Shown: positions 18,357-27,177, counted from the stretch's first letter. The stretch: 28,031 nucleotides of DNA from Myxococcota bacterium (GCA_041611735.1 JBFIML010000050.1:1-28031); one strand, 5' to 3'. The notes: generated by a model not told the origin, from the letters alone. Program-made: numbers and translations.

Positions 18357-19349
18357 TCACGCGACGGTCGCGCCCGGCACCGGGGCGGGCCGGTAGAGCG
18401 CCGCGGCGCCCGCCCGGCGCAGGACCCCCTCGAGGGGCGCCGGGTCGGCGTAGGGCCAGAGCGCGACGATCGTCCCGCCCTGCCCGGCGCCGGCGAGCTT
18501 GGCGCCGGGAGCGCCGGCCGCCCGGGCCGCCTCGATGAGCCGCTCGTTGGCGGGGCCCGAGCCGCCGAGCCCGCGCTGGACGGCGTGGTTCTCGTCCATG
18601 AGACGGCCGAGCCGCTCCCAGTCGCCCGCCTCGAAGGCGCCGCGTCCCTCGCCGGCCAGGGCGCGCAGGCGTGCGTACGCCTCCAACACCTCGGGATCGC
18701 CCCGCTCCCAGCGGGCCCGGATCGGAGCGTGCACGTGGCCCGAGTGGTGCGACACCCCGGTCACCGCCAGCACGAAGGGCAGCGCGCCGCCGGGCGCGCT
18801 CACCTCCTCGACGCCGGCCCGGGGCGACACGCCCGGCGGCTCGTCGCGCTCCTTGCCGCGCAGGTCCACGAAGCGAAGCCCGCCGAAGCTGCACAGGTAG
18901 TGGTCCACCCAGCCGCAGGTCACGCCGAGCAGCTTGCGTTCGATCCAGCGCGCGCGCTCCGCCAGCTCGAAGGCGTCGAGGGGTCTCCCCTGCCAGGTCT
19001 CGAGGGCCTGGAGCAGCGCCACCAGCAGCGCCGTGGAGCCGGCCAGGCCGCTCTGCCGGGGGATCTCGCTCTGCCAGCGGATCCGCAGCGGCGGCAGCCG
19101 CTCGATACCGCGCAGCACGGCGCGGGCCAGATCGAACTCGTCGCCGCCCGGCGCGAGGTCGGCGGAGCGGCGAAGCGCGCGGCTGCGTCCGCCGGTCTCC
19201 ACCCGGCAGACGGGAGCGGGCTCGAGGACCACCCGGGCCCGCAGCGGCACCGAGCAGGCCAGCACGGCGCCGCCGTAGAGGTCCGAGGGATTGCCGAGCA
19301 GGTTGGCGCGCGCGGGAGCGGAGGCTCGCAGGCGCCGGGTAGCCGGCAC
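18357..19349 (-). CDS. GHMP-family sugar kinase, glucuronokinase-like
   Basis: GTG 19349, 2 nt after the upstream stop. Motif I ARANLLGNPSDLYGG, motif II IPRQSGLAGSTA, motif III GAKLAGAGQGG. Confidence 0.88.
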   Translation of the reverse strand: MPATRRLRASAPARANLLGNPSDLYGGAVLACSVPLRARVVLEPAPVCRVETGGRSRALRRSADLAPGGDEFDLARAVLRGIERLPPLRIRWQSEIPRQSGLAGSTALLVALLQALETWQGRPLDAFELAERARWIERKLLGVTCGWVDHYLCSFGGLRFVDLRGKERDEPPGVSPRAGVEEVSAPGGALPFVLAVTGVSHHSGHVHAPIRARWERGDPEVLEAYARLRALAGEGRGAFEAGDWERLGRLMDENHAVQRGLGGSGPANERLIEAARAAGAPGAKLAGAGQGGTIVALWPYADPAPLEGVLRRAGAAALYRPAPVPGATVA

Positions 19350-19351
19350 GC

Positions 19352-21697
19352 TCAGCCGGGGACGAGGCGCAGCGGTACCCAGCCCCGCGCCTCCACCCGC
19401 AGGCGGACCCGCCAGGGACCGCCCGCGGCCGCCTGGGTCCAGCCCGGCAGGGCGTCGCCGCGCGGGAGCGCCCGGGCGGTGGCGGCGTCGAGCCGGGCGA
19501 CCTCCGCCAGCGGGCGCGCCGCCCAGCCCCGGATCTCCACGGGCTCGTCCGGCGCCCCGAGGACGTCGAGGGTGACCGCGCCCGCGGCCTCCAGACGGAT
19601 CTCCCGCACGCGGCGGTCCCCCACGCTGGCGTAGCGGGACACGTCGCCGAAGACCGCGAGCTCGCCGGGCAGCAGCGGGCACAGGACGCGCAGGTCCCAG
19701 TCGCCGGGGGCCAGGGAGAGCTCGAGGGCGTCCCCGGGTGCCAGGCGTTCGAAGGCGTCCCGGCGCCAGTCGTAGCCGAGCACCGGGCCCAGCGGGCGGA
19801 GCTCGCCGAGGTCCGCCAGCGGCAGGCGGAAGCGCAGCGTCTCGCCGCCGCGCCAGGCGTTGAAGCTCGCCAGGTAGACCCAGCGCCCGGCCGGGTGCGT
19901 CGAGTAGGTCTCGCCGATCAGGGGCTCGGGCTCGAAGAAGGCATCGCGGCGGAAGCAGCGCTCCAGGGCCGCGATGGGCACGTCGGGCTTGACCAGCAGC
20001 CCGTCCGCGCGGCAGGTGCGCAGCACGAGCTCGCGGTCGGTGCGACCGAGGCGGTCTCCGATCCCGACGGGCCCGGCGGAGAGGGCCGCCAGCAGGGCCT
20101 CCGCCTCGGCGTGGGGATCGCCGTCCCAGCCGCTGCCCTGGCGCTGGGAGAGGAAGACGTCCTTGAAGGGCAGCAGGCCCAGGGCCCGGGCCAGGGCGTT
20201 CGTGTAGAGGAAGCGCACCCAGTGGGCGGGGTTGTCGGCCAGGTAGCGATAGTCGCCGCCGGTGCGGATCGCCACCACCCGCTCGAGGCCCAGGGTGGTG
20301 AGGAAGTCGGCAGGCGTCGCCATGCACCAGATCAGCGAGAGCCCGTGCTCCCCGGCCGCCCGGTCCAGGGCCTCCTGCCAGGCCCGGGCCCGGCCCGGAC
20401 GCTCGCGCAGGGCGCGCACGCCCAGGAACGACTCCACCAGCCAGTCCTGCTCGTAGGCCACGGCGCCCCAGCTGGCCGCCTGGCCCATCCAGTCCTGGAA
20501 GAGCTCCGGGCCCTGGGGATGGGCGCGGTCGCCGTCCAGCCACATGGGGTGGCGGCGCGCGTAGGGAGAGCGGCTCGAGATGTGGCGGCCGTGGAGGATG
20601 AGGGGGGCGTTGCCCAGGCGCCGCCGCAGGCCGTGCACGCCCTCCGGCAGCACGTCCGGGCGTGGCTCCCAGAGGTGCAGCCCGGTGGGCGGCACGGGAC
20701 CGGGCTGCCCGGGTCCCACGGGCCGGGTCGTCTCGTGGGGGTAGAACCAGGAGTCGAGCTCCACCGCCGCCACCGGCACCTGCTGCTCCCGCAGGCCGGC
20801 GAGGGTGTGCTCCAGGGTGGTGGACAGGTCGAGCCCGGGCTCCGTGCGGTACCAGTAGGCGGCTCCGTTGTCGGTCCAGTAGGAGAGGCATCCGACGGCG
20901 GCGTCCGCGTAGCGCGACGGACGCCGGGTCGCGTGCCGGCGGCGCAGCCGGCCGGCCCAGGCCTCCAGGACGCGACGCGGGCCGGGCCCCGCCCAGAGCG
21001 CGAGCTCCGTGGCGAAGCCGCGCGGCACCCGATCGAGGTCGCCCTGCCAGCCGCAGCGCACGCCCTCGGCCGCGCGCTCGCGGGCCGAGGGAACCGCGAT
21101 CACCTGCTCGTGGAAGGCGTCGAGGGGCGCCAGCAGGAGACAGCGACCGTCGGGCGCCAGCCAGGCCAGCGGCTCCACCACCGCGGGGCGGTGCGGAAAC
21201 AGCAGCAAGTCCGCCGCCTCCGCACCCCCGAAGGTGGGGAAGGCGAACTCCGTGAACTGGTGGCCGAAGCTGCGCGTTGCCTCGGGTACGCCGCCCGGCT
21301 GGCGCAGGGCCGGCCGCAGCCAGGGCCACACCACGCTCGGCTCGCCGAAGGCGCCGGTGGCGAGGCCCACCAGGTCGTCCGCCGCCTCGGTGCGGAACAC
21401 GAGGACGGGCTCCCGCGTGTAGGCCCGCACGCTGGTGCGCAGGGCGAGGGGCAGCGGCTCCCAGACCAGCTCCGCGCCCTGGTAGGGCCCGAGATCGTCC
21501 TCGCCCTGGAAGGGACGCAGCGTCACGCCGAGAGCCTTGGCCCGGGGTCCGGCGGGCTCCGCTCCCGACCAGCTCTCGCCCGCGTGCCGCACCGCGAAGG
21601 CCACGGGGCCGAGCCAGTCGGGCTCGCCCCAGGCGAGCCGCCACGGCCCCGCATCCTCGAGCCCCAGCACCAGCCCCTGCGCCGCTGCGATGCGCAC
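19352..21697 (-). CDS. Cytoplasmic glycoside hydrolase-like protein, clan GH-D / GH36 (Sip1/raffinose synthase-like)
   Basis: GTG 21697 follows GGGGAG (alternative start ATG 21727). TIM-barrel motifs in GH36 order: YWTDNG, ELDSWFY, YEQDWL, LIWCM, IRTGGDY, PFKDVF, ALSAGPVGIGD and ADGLLVKPD. Confidence 0.7.
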   Translation of the reverse strand: MRIAAAQGLVLGLEDAGPWRLAWGEPDWLGPVAFAVRHAGESWSGAEPAGPRAKALGVTLRPFQGEDDLGPYQGAELVWEPLPLALRTSVRAYTREPVLVFRTEAADDLVGLATGAFGEPSVVWPWLRPALRQPGGVPEATRSFGHQFTEFAFPTFGGAEAADLLLFPHRPAVVEPLAWLAPDGRCLLLAPLDAFHEQVIAVPSARERAAEGVRCGWQGDLDRVPRGFATELALWAGPGPRRVLEAWAGRLRRRHATRRPSRYADAAVGCLSYWTDNGAAYWYRTEPGLDLSTTLEHTLAGLREQQVPVAAVELDSWFYPHETTRPVGPGQPGPVPPTGLHLWEPRPDVLPEGVHGLRRRLGNAPLILHGRHISSRSPYARRHPMWLDGDRAHPQGPELFQDWMGQAASWGAVAYEQDWLVESFLGVRALRERPGRARAWQEALDRAAGEHGLSLIWCMATPADFLTTLGLERVVAIRTGGDYRYLADNPAHWVRFLYTNALARALGLLPFKDVFLSQRQGSGWDGDPHAEAEALLAALSAGPVGIGDRLGRTDRELVLRTCRADGLLVKPDVPIAALERCFRRDAFFEPEPLIGETYSTHPAGRWVYLASFNAWRGGETLRFRLPLADLGELRPLGPVLGYDWRRDAFERLAPGDALELSLAPGDWDLRVLCPLLPGELAVFGDVSRYASVGDRRVREIRLEAAGAVTLDVLGAPDEPVEIRGWAARPLAEVARLDAATARALPRGDALPGWTQAAAGGPWRVRLRVEARGWVPLRLVPG

Positions 21698-21858
21698 CGC
21701 GCTCCCCGTTCGCGAGCCCCGGGCCATTCTGGGCTGGGGGGCTCCCGGCGGCAAGCGAGCGCGTCGCGGCCGGCAGCGGTCGTCGCGAGCCCCGAGTGAC
21801 GGCGGTCACGGGCCGGCGACCCGTTGCGGCCGAGAACCGGGCCGGGGAGGGAACGCGC

Positions 21859-22587
21859 GTGACGCGAGGACGCGATCTGCTGCTGGTGGACACGGGGAGC
21901 TGCATGGAGCTCCTGGCGGGACGCCTGCGCCGGCTCGGCTACCGGACGCTGTGGGCCAAGACCAGCATGGAGGCCTACGCGGCGCTCGAGGACCCCCTCT
22001 ACGACGTGGGCGCGGTGGTGATGCGACCGGATCTCGCGGCGACGGACCTGCGTCGGGCGCTCGAGGCGTTCCGCAGCCACGCCCGGGACGCGGCGCTCGC
22101 CTATCTGGTGACGGGCCAGCGCCCCGAACTCGGGGAGCGCCGCCGCCTGCGGGACGCGGGCGTGACCGCGGCCCTGTGGGAGCCCATCGACCAGCATGCG
22201 CTGCGCTTCCAGGTGAACCGCGCCCTCGCCCAGCCGGGCGTCGTGCGCGGCCGGCGCGGCGCCCTGCGCGCGCCGGCCGTGTGGCCCGCGCGGGTCTGGG
22301 CGGACGGGCGCGAGAAGCAGGCCCGCGTCTACAGCGCCTCGGCGGCCGGCGTCTTCCTGGCCACGCCGCGCCCCTCGCCCCGCAACGTGCCGCTTCGCAT
22401 CGAGCTCCCGCTCCCGTCGGGCCGGGTGGCCCTGGCGGGGCGGGTGGTGATGACGAACGTGCCGGGGAACCTGATGCGGCGCACCCTGCCGGTGGGCATG
22501 GGCGTGCGCTTTGAGCAGCCGCCGGTCGAGGTCCAGGCGACCCTGGAGCTGTGGGCCACGAAGCGCTTCCGCAGCCTGGTGGTGTGA
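21859..22587 (+). CDS. Pseudo-receiver domain plus PilZ domain protein
   Basis: GTG 21859 follows GGGGAGG. REC-like LLLVD...LGYRT...AALWEPID. PilZ-like RGALR, SASAAGVFL, GRVVMTN and GMGVRF. Confidence 0.8.
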   Translation: MTRGRDLLLVDTGSCMELLAGRLRRLGYRTLWAKTSMEAYAALEDPLYDVGAVVMRPDLAATDLRRALEAFRSHARDAALAYLVTGQRPELGERRRLRDAGVTAALWEPIDQHALRFQVNRALAQPGVVRGRRGALRAPAVWPARVWADGREKQARVYSASAAGVFLATPRPSPRNVPLRIELPLPSGRVALAGRVVMTNVPGNLMRRTLPVGMGVRFEQPPVEVQATLELWATKRFRSLVV

Positions 22588-22602
22588 GCGGAACCCGGCT
22601 CC

Positions 22603-24738
22603 CTAGTCCGGAAGCACCGCGGGCGGCCGGTCCTCCACCTCGCGCCGGCGACGCATGAGCACGAGCTGCGCGCGTACGCCGCCCGCGGCCGTGGGGGGCC
22701 GGTGGGAGCCGTCGGGCAGGATCTCGCGGGCCTTCACGTCGTCGCGCAGGTAGACGTCGAGGATCTCCTCCAGGCGCTCGCGCACCGCCCGCGTGCGGGC
22801 GCGGCACATCACCTCGACGCGCCCGTCCAGGTTGCGGGGCATCCAGTCGGCGCTGCCGAACCAGAGCTCCGGCTCGCCGCCGTTCTCGAAGCGGATGATG
22901 CGCGAGTGCTCCAGGAAGCGGTCCACGATGGAGCGCACGCGGATCGTCTCCGAGAGGCCGGGAACGCCGGGGCGCAGGCAGCAGATGCCCCGCACCACGA
23001 GATCGATCCGCACGCCCGCCTGGGAGGCCTCGTAGAGGGCCCGGATCACGCCCTCGTCCTGCAGGGCATTCAGCTTGGCCAGGATCGAGCCCGGGTGTCC
23101 CGCGCGGGCGTGGGCCGCCTCCCGGGCGATGCGCTCCAGGATGCCGCGACGCAGGGTGAGGGGAGCCACCAGCAGGTGCTCCCAGCGTTCGTTGGTGGTC
23201 AGGCTCGTCAGCAGGTTGAAGACGCTCGCCACCTCGGCGGTCACGCCGGGATCGGCGGTGAACAGGCCGAGGTCGGTGTAGAGGCGCGCGGTGGTGGGAT
23301 TGTAGTTGCCGGTCCCGATGTGGGCATAGCGGCGCAGCTGGTCCTCCTCGCGTCGCACCACCAGCATGAGCTTGCAGTGGGTCTTCAGGCCGAGCTGGCC
23401 GTAGACGATCTGGACACCCGCCTCCTCCATGCGTCGGGCCCAGCGGATGTTCTTCTCCTCGTCGAAGCGGGCCTGCAGCTCCACCACGCAGGTGACCTGC
23501 TTGCCGCGCTCGGCCGCGCCGAGCAGGGCGCGAGCGATCGGCGAGTCCTCGTTGGTCCGATACAGGGTCTGCTTGATGGCGAGCACGCGGGGATCGTCCG
23601 CCGCCTGCTCCACGAAGTCGATCACGCTGTCGAAGGAGTCGTAGGGATGGTGCAGGAGCACGTCCGCGGCGCGGATCGCCGTGAAGATCTTGGCCGGCTC
23701 CCGCAGGGCGTGATGGACCGGCGCCACGTAGGGGGGATCCTTCAGGCGCGCATCGTCCTCGAGCGCGAGCAGCTGCATGAGGCGCGAGAGGTTCACGGGG
23801 CCGTCGCACTCGTAGAGGTCGCCCGCCTCGAGATCGAACACTTCGAAAAGCTCCTGCTTGAGGCGCTCGCCCACCGGCGCGCGGGCCTCCAGACGCACCG
23901 CCTCGCCCCGGCGCCGGCGCCGCAGCTCCTGCTCGATGGCGGTGAGCAGGTTCTCCGCCTCCTCCTCGTCCACGTACAGGTTGCTGTTGCGGGTCACCCG
24001 GAAGGCGGTGTGATCCAGGATGGCCACGCGCGGAAAGAGGTCCGGCAGGCGCCAGCGGACCACGTCGGCCAGGAAGACGTAGCGGCTGACGCGCCCGTGC
24101 CGCGGCAGGCGCAGCAGGCGCGGCAGCATGACCGGCACCTGCACCACGCCGAGACGGTCGGGCTCCTCCGGGTCGTCGGTCTCGAGCAGCGCCGCGATGC
24201 TCAGGCGGCCGCTCGCCAGGTGGGGAAACGGATGGGCGGGATCCACGGCAATGGGCGTGAGCACGGGAAAGATCTCGCGCTCGAAGACCTGACCCAGCCA
24301 CGCGGCCTCGTCGGGCGCCAGGGCATCGGGCGCCACGAACTGGACGCCCTCCTTCTCCAGGGCCGGGCGCAGGACCTGGTTCCAGCAGCGGTACTGGTCC
24401 GCCACCTGCTCGCGGACCGTGGCCGCGATGGCGGCAAGCTGCTCGGTGGGCGTCATCCCGTCCGGAGGCCGTGAAGCGACGCCCGCCTCCGCCTGCTGGC
24501 GCAGGCCCGCCACCCGCACCTCGAAGAACTCGGTCAGGTTCGAGTCCACGATGGCCAGGAACTTGACCCGCTCCAGCAGCGGATTGGCCGCGTCCTGGGC
24601 CTCCTCGAGCACCCGGCGGTTGAAGCCGAGCCAGGAGAGCTCCCGGTTCGTGAAGAGCGCCGCCCCCTGGTCTCCCCGCACCATCTCCCACACCGGATCG
24701 GCCAACCTCCCGCTCCCCAGGAGCGCCTTCGCCCCCAC
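22603..24738 (-). CDS. ppk1: Polyphosphate kinase 1
   Basis: FTNRELSWLGFNRRVL, EFFEVRVAGL, HHPYDSF, KQTLYRT, ELQARFDEEKNI, autophosphorylated His in KTHCK, IVDRFLEHSR, SADWMPRN. Start uncertain within about 60 nt. Confidence 0.98.
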   Translation of the reverse strand: MGAKALLGSGRLADPVWEMVRGDQGAALFTNRELSWLGFNRRVLEEAQDAANPLLERVKFLAIVDSNLTEFFEVRVAGLRQQAEAGVASRPPDGMTPTEQLAAIAATVREQVADQYRCWNQVLRPALEKEGVQFVAPDALAPDEAAWLGQVFEREIFPVLTPIAVDPAHPFPHLASGRLSIAALLETDDPEEPDRLGVVQVPVMLPRLLRLPRHGRVSRYVFLADVVRWRLPDLFPRVAILDHTAFRVTRNSNLYVDEEEAENLLTAIEQELRRRRRGEAVRLEARAPVGERLKQELFEVFDLEAGDLYECDGPVNLSRLMQLLALEDDARLKDPPYVAPVHHALREPAKIFTAIRAADVLLHHPYDSFDSVIDFVEQAADDPRVLAIKQTLYRTNEDSPIARALLGAAERGKQVTCVVELQARFDEEKNIRWARRMEEAGVQIVYGQLGLKTHCKLMLVVRREEDQLRRYAHIGTGNYNPTTARLYTDLGLFTADPGVTAEVASVFNLLTSLTTNERWEHLLVAPLTLRRGILERIAREAAHARAGHPGSILAKLNALQDEGVIRALYEASQAGVRIDLVVRGICCLRPGVPGLSETIRVRSIVDRFLEHSRIIRFENGGEPELWFGSADWMPRNLDGRVEVMCRARTRAVRERLEEILDVYLRDDVKAREILPDGSHRPPTAAGGVRAQLVLMRRRREVEDRPPAVLPD

Positions 24739-24790
24739 GGGGGGTCACTCCGGGAGCATATCCCGCTTGACGCCGGGGTCGCGAGCTACT

Positions 24791-24807
24791 ACTTGTATGC
24801 TACAAGT
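24791..24807. promoter_or_regulatory. Perfect 7-3-7 inverted repeat ACTTGTA-TGC-TACAAGT, probable MarR operator
   Basis: AT-rich palindrome in a GC-rich background, between TTGACG (24767-24772) and the SD of the marR gene. Confidence 0.75.
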
Positions 24808-24822
24808 TTATGGGAGGTCCGC

Positions 24823-25287
24823 GTGCCCGACGCCGCCAAGTTCCGCCAGACCCTGAGCGTCCTGTACCGGCGCTTCAACGCCCTGCAGCGTGACGAGAAG
24901 CGCTGCTTCGGCGTAACCCTCTCCCAGTGCGTGACGGTCGAGGTGCTGCACGAGGCGGGGCCCCAGCCCATGCGCGAGCTGGCGGCGCGGCTCGGCGTCG
25001 ACACGAGCACCGTCACCCGGGTGGTGGACGTGCTCGAGCGCGACGGCCTCGTGCGCCGGACCCGTGACGCGCAACGCGATAGCCGGCGCGTGTTCGTCTC
25101 CCTGACGGAGGCCGGCCGCCGCCTGGCCCGGCGTCTGGAGGCGTGCGCGGATGCCTACTGCGAGCGCATCCTGGCGCGCATTCCCGGCGAGCGGCGCGAG
25201 GACGTCCTGCACGCCCTCGGCGTGCTGTGCGAAGCCATCGAGCAGTGGCCTGCGGCCTGCGGGCCGGGGTTCCAGGAGGAGTCATGA
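24823..25287 (+). CDS. MarR-family transcriptional regulator, Cys-rich
   Basis: GTG 24823 follows GGGAGG. wHTH MRELAARLGVDTSTVTRVVDVLERDGLVRR...DSRRVFVSLTEAG. Six Cys. Confidence 0.92.
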   Translation: MPDAAKFRQTLSVLYRRFNALQRDEKRCFGVTLSQCVTVEVLHEAGPQPMRELAARLGVDTSTVTRVVDVLERDGLVRRTRDAQRDSRRVFVSLTEAGRRLARRLEACADAYCERILARIPGERREDVLHALGVLCEAIEQWPAACGPGFQEES

Positions 25288-26117
25288 GCACGAACCAACG
25301 GCTGGGCGACGCGGAAACGATCCGCCAACACGTGCGCCAGGGCTACGGCCGCCTGGCGGAGGGCAGCGGGAGCTGTTGCGGAGCGAGCAACGCCGCGGAC
25401 GCCATGGCGCGTCGCGTCGGATACACGGAGGAGGAGCTCCGCGCCGTGCCCGAAGGCGCCAACCTGGGAGTGGGCTGCGGCAACCCGACCGCCCTGGCGG
25501 AGCTGCGCCCGGGCGAGGTGGTGCTCGACCTCGGCTCGGGAGCGGGCTTCGACGCCCTGCTCGCCGCTCGCCGCGTGGGTCCGGCCGGACGGGTGATCGG
25601 AGTGGACATGACCGAGGCGATGCTCGCCCGGGCGCGCGCCAACGCCGCGCGGACCGGGCTCGCGAACGTGGACTTCCGCCACGGCACGATCGAGGCGCTT
25701 CCCGTGGAGGACGCCAGCGTGGACGTGATCCTCTCCAACTGCGTGGTGAACCTCTCGCCGGAGAAGCAGCGCGTGTTCCAGGAGGCCTTCCGGGTGCTGC
25801 GGCCGGGCGGTCGGCTGCTGGTCTCGGACCTCGTGCTCGAGCGGGCCCTGCCGGAGCCGGTGGCGCAGCAGCTCGACGCCTGGGTGGGCTGCATCGGCGG
25901 CGCGTCCCTGCGCGGGGAGTATCTGGAGGCCTTGCGCAAGGCCGGCTTCGAGAGCGTCGCGGTGGTGCGCGAGGCGCGCTGGGCCGACTCCCTCGCCGCG
26001 GACGACGACCAGCTCGCCGAGCTCGCCCGCGGCTACGGGATGGCGCCGGAGCTGGCCCGGGAGGTGCTCGACACGGTGACCAGCATCCACCTGCGGGCCC
26101 GCAAGCCCGAGGCTTGA
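25284..26117 (+). CDS. arsM: Arsenite S-adenosylmethionine methyltransferase
   Basis: ATGA overlap with the marR stop, AGGAGGAG SD. Motifs SCCG, NLGVGCGNP, VLDLGSGAGFD, SNCVVNL and WVGCIGGA (the conserved ArsM cysteines). Confidence 0.88.
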   Translation: MSTNQRLGDAETIRQHVRQGYGRLAEGSGSCCGASNAADAMARRVGYTEEELRAVPEGANLGVGCGNPTALAELRPGEVVLDLGSGAGFDALLAARRVGPAGRVIGVDMTEAMLARARANAARTGLANVDFRHGTIEALPVEDASVDVILSNCVVNLSPEKQRVFQEAFRVLRPGGRLLVSDLVLERALPEPVAQQLDAWVGCIGGASLRGEYLEALRKAGFESVAVVREARWADSLAADDDQLAELARGYGMAPELAREVLDTVTSIHLRARKPEA

Positions 26118-26124
26118 GGTCCGT

Positions 26125-27177
26125 CTAGGCGGAGCCGGATTCCGGGCGCTCGTGCACCAGCAGGCGCGTGTCGCCGTCGAAGCGCACCTTGATCTTCCGG
26201 GGTCCGGCGGCGCCCTGCACCACGCCCGTGCCCAGGGTCGGGTGCGCAAGGCGGTCTCCTGCCTGGTAGCTCCCGGTGAGCTCGTAGGACTGCACCGGCC
26301 GGGAGAGATCCGCCTCCACGATCGTCTCGGTGGGGGTCTGCCGCGGCTTGGGGCGCGGCTTCGGGCGCACACGCCCGGCGCCGGCCTCCCAGGCCGGCGC
26401 GAGCTTCGGGACGTCGGTCAGCACGAGACGCTCCTCGCGCTCCTCCCAGGCGGGCTCGCTCGCCAGCTCGAGCGAGAGGTAGTGGACCGGGATGGAGAGG
26501 GTCTGCTCGATCTCGCGGGCCAGGCGCTCCATCTCGGCGATCCAGGCCGCCCCCTTCTGGGCCTCCCGCTTGCGGCACAGCTCCCAGTAGCGGGGGCTGC
26601 CGAGCAGCACGAGGAGCGGCGGCTCCTCGGCCGGCGCGCGACCCGGCCCCTCGGCAAGCTCCTGTTGGAAGGCCTCCCGATTGGCGGAGACCACGGCGCA
26701 GGCCGCGAGGGTCTCGAGCAACGCCCGCAGCGGCGTATCGCCGGTGGTGCCGCGCCCTGCGGACGGCGGCAGGTACTTGAGCCGGACCACCGCCAGGCGT
26801 TCGCCCGGCGTGATCCCCAGCAGGTCGATGCGCCCGGGGTCCGGACCCTGCGTCTCGGCCTTGAGCGGCACCTGGTAGGCCACGAACTCGAGGCTGCCGT
26901 CCTCGGGCAGGGCGAGACCGCCGTTGGAGTCGCGGCAGTGGTTCACGAGGGCGGTGGAGAGGGCGGGCTCCGGCCGCGCCGTCCGGCGCCCGCGCCGGCC
27001 CGTCTGGCCGGTGAGATACTTCTTGCCGGCCTCGTGGCGGCGCGGCGCGTGCTGGCCTTCCACCCGGTACTTCTCGGCGAGGGCCGCACCGTTGAGCTGG
27101 GCGGCGGCCTGCCGGAACCCGCGCGCCTGCCGGACCTCGCGCTCGCCCGCCAGATCGATCAAGGGATGCTGACTCAC
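26125..27177 (-). CDS. Hypothetical protein: degenerate PD-(D/E)XK (NucS-like) fold plus C-terminal Tudor-like domain
   Basis: GTG follows a GAGGAG SD, TAGAAT at 27226-27231. YQVPLK...GRIDLLG...LAVVRLK. Tail YQAGDRLAHPTLGTGVV...KIKVRFDGDTRLLVH. Confidence 0.7.
   Translation of the reverse strand: MSQHPLIDLAGEREVRQARGFRQAAAQLNGAALAEKYRVEGQHAPRRHEAGKKYLTGQTGRRGRRTARPEPALSTALVNHCRDSNGGLALPEDGSLEFVAYQVPLKAETQGPDPGRIDLLGITPGERLAVVRLKYLPPSAGRGTTGDTPLRALLETLAACAVVSANREAFQQELAEGPGRAPAEEPPLLVLLGSPRYWELCRKREAQKGAAWIAEMERLAREIEQTLSIPVHYLSLELASEPAWEEREERLVLTDVPKLAPAWEAGAGRVRPKPRPKPRQTPTETIVEADLSRPVQSYELTGSYQAGDRLAHPTLGTGVVQGAAGPRKIKVRFDGDTRLLVHERPESGSA

Noticed and set aside
19350-21905. 1182-aa ORF 18357..21905 as a long kinase fusion
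   Set aside because: The upstream part is an off-frame reading of the GH36-like gene. Kinase motifs begin only after GTG 19349.
21806-24748. 980-aa minus-strand ORF, plus the many long antisense ORFs (e.g. 1339..3468, 8495..9733, 19895..21799, 22702..24474)
   Set aside because: Typical stop-poor shadow frames of high-GC DNA. They overlap well-supported genes and contain no recognisable motifs.
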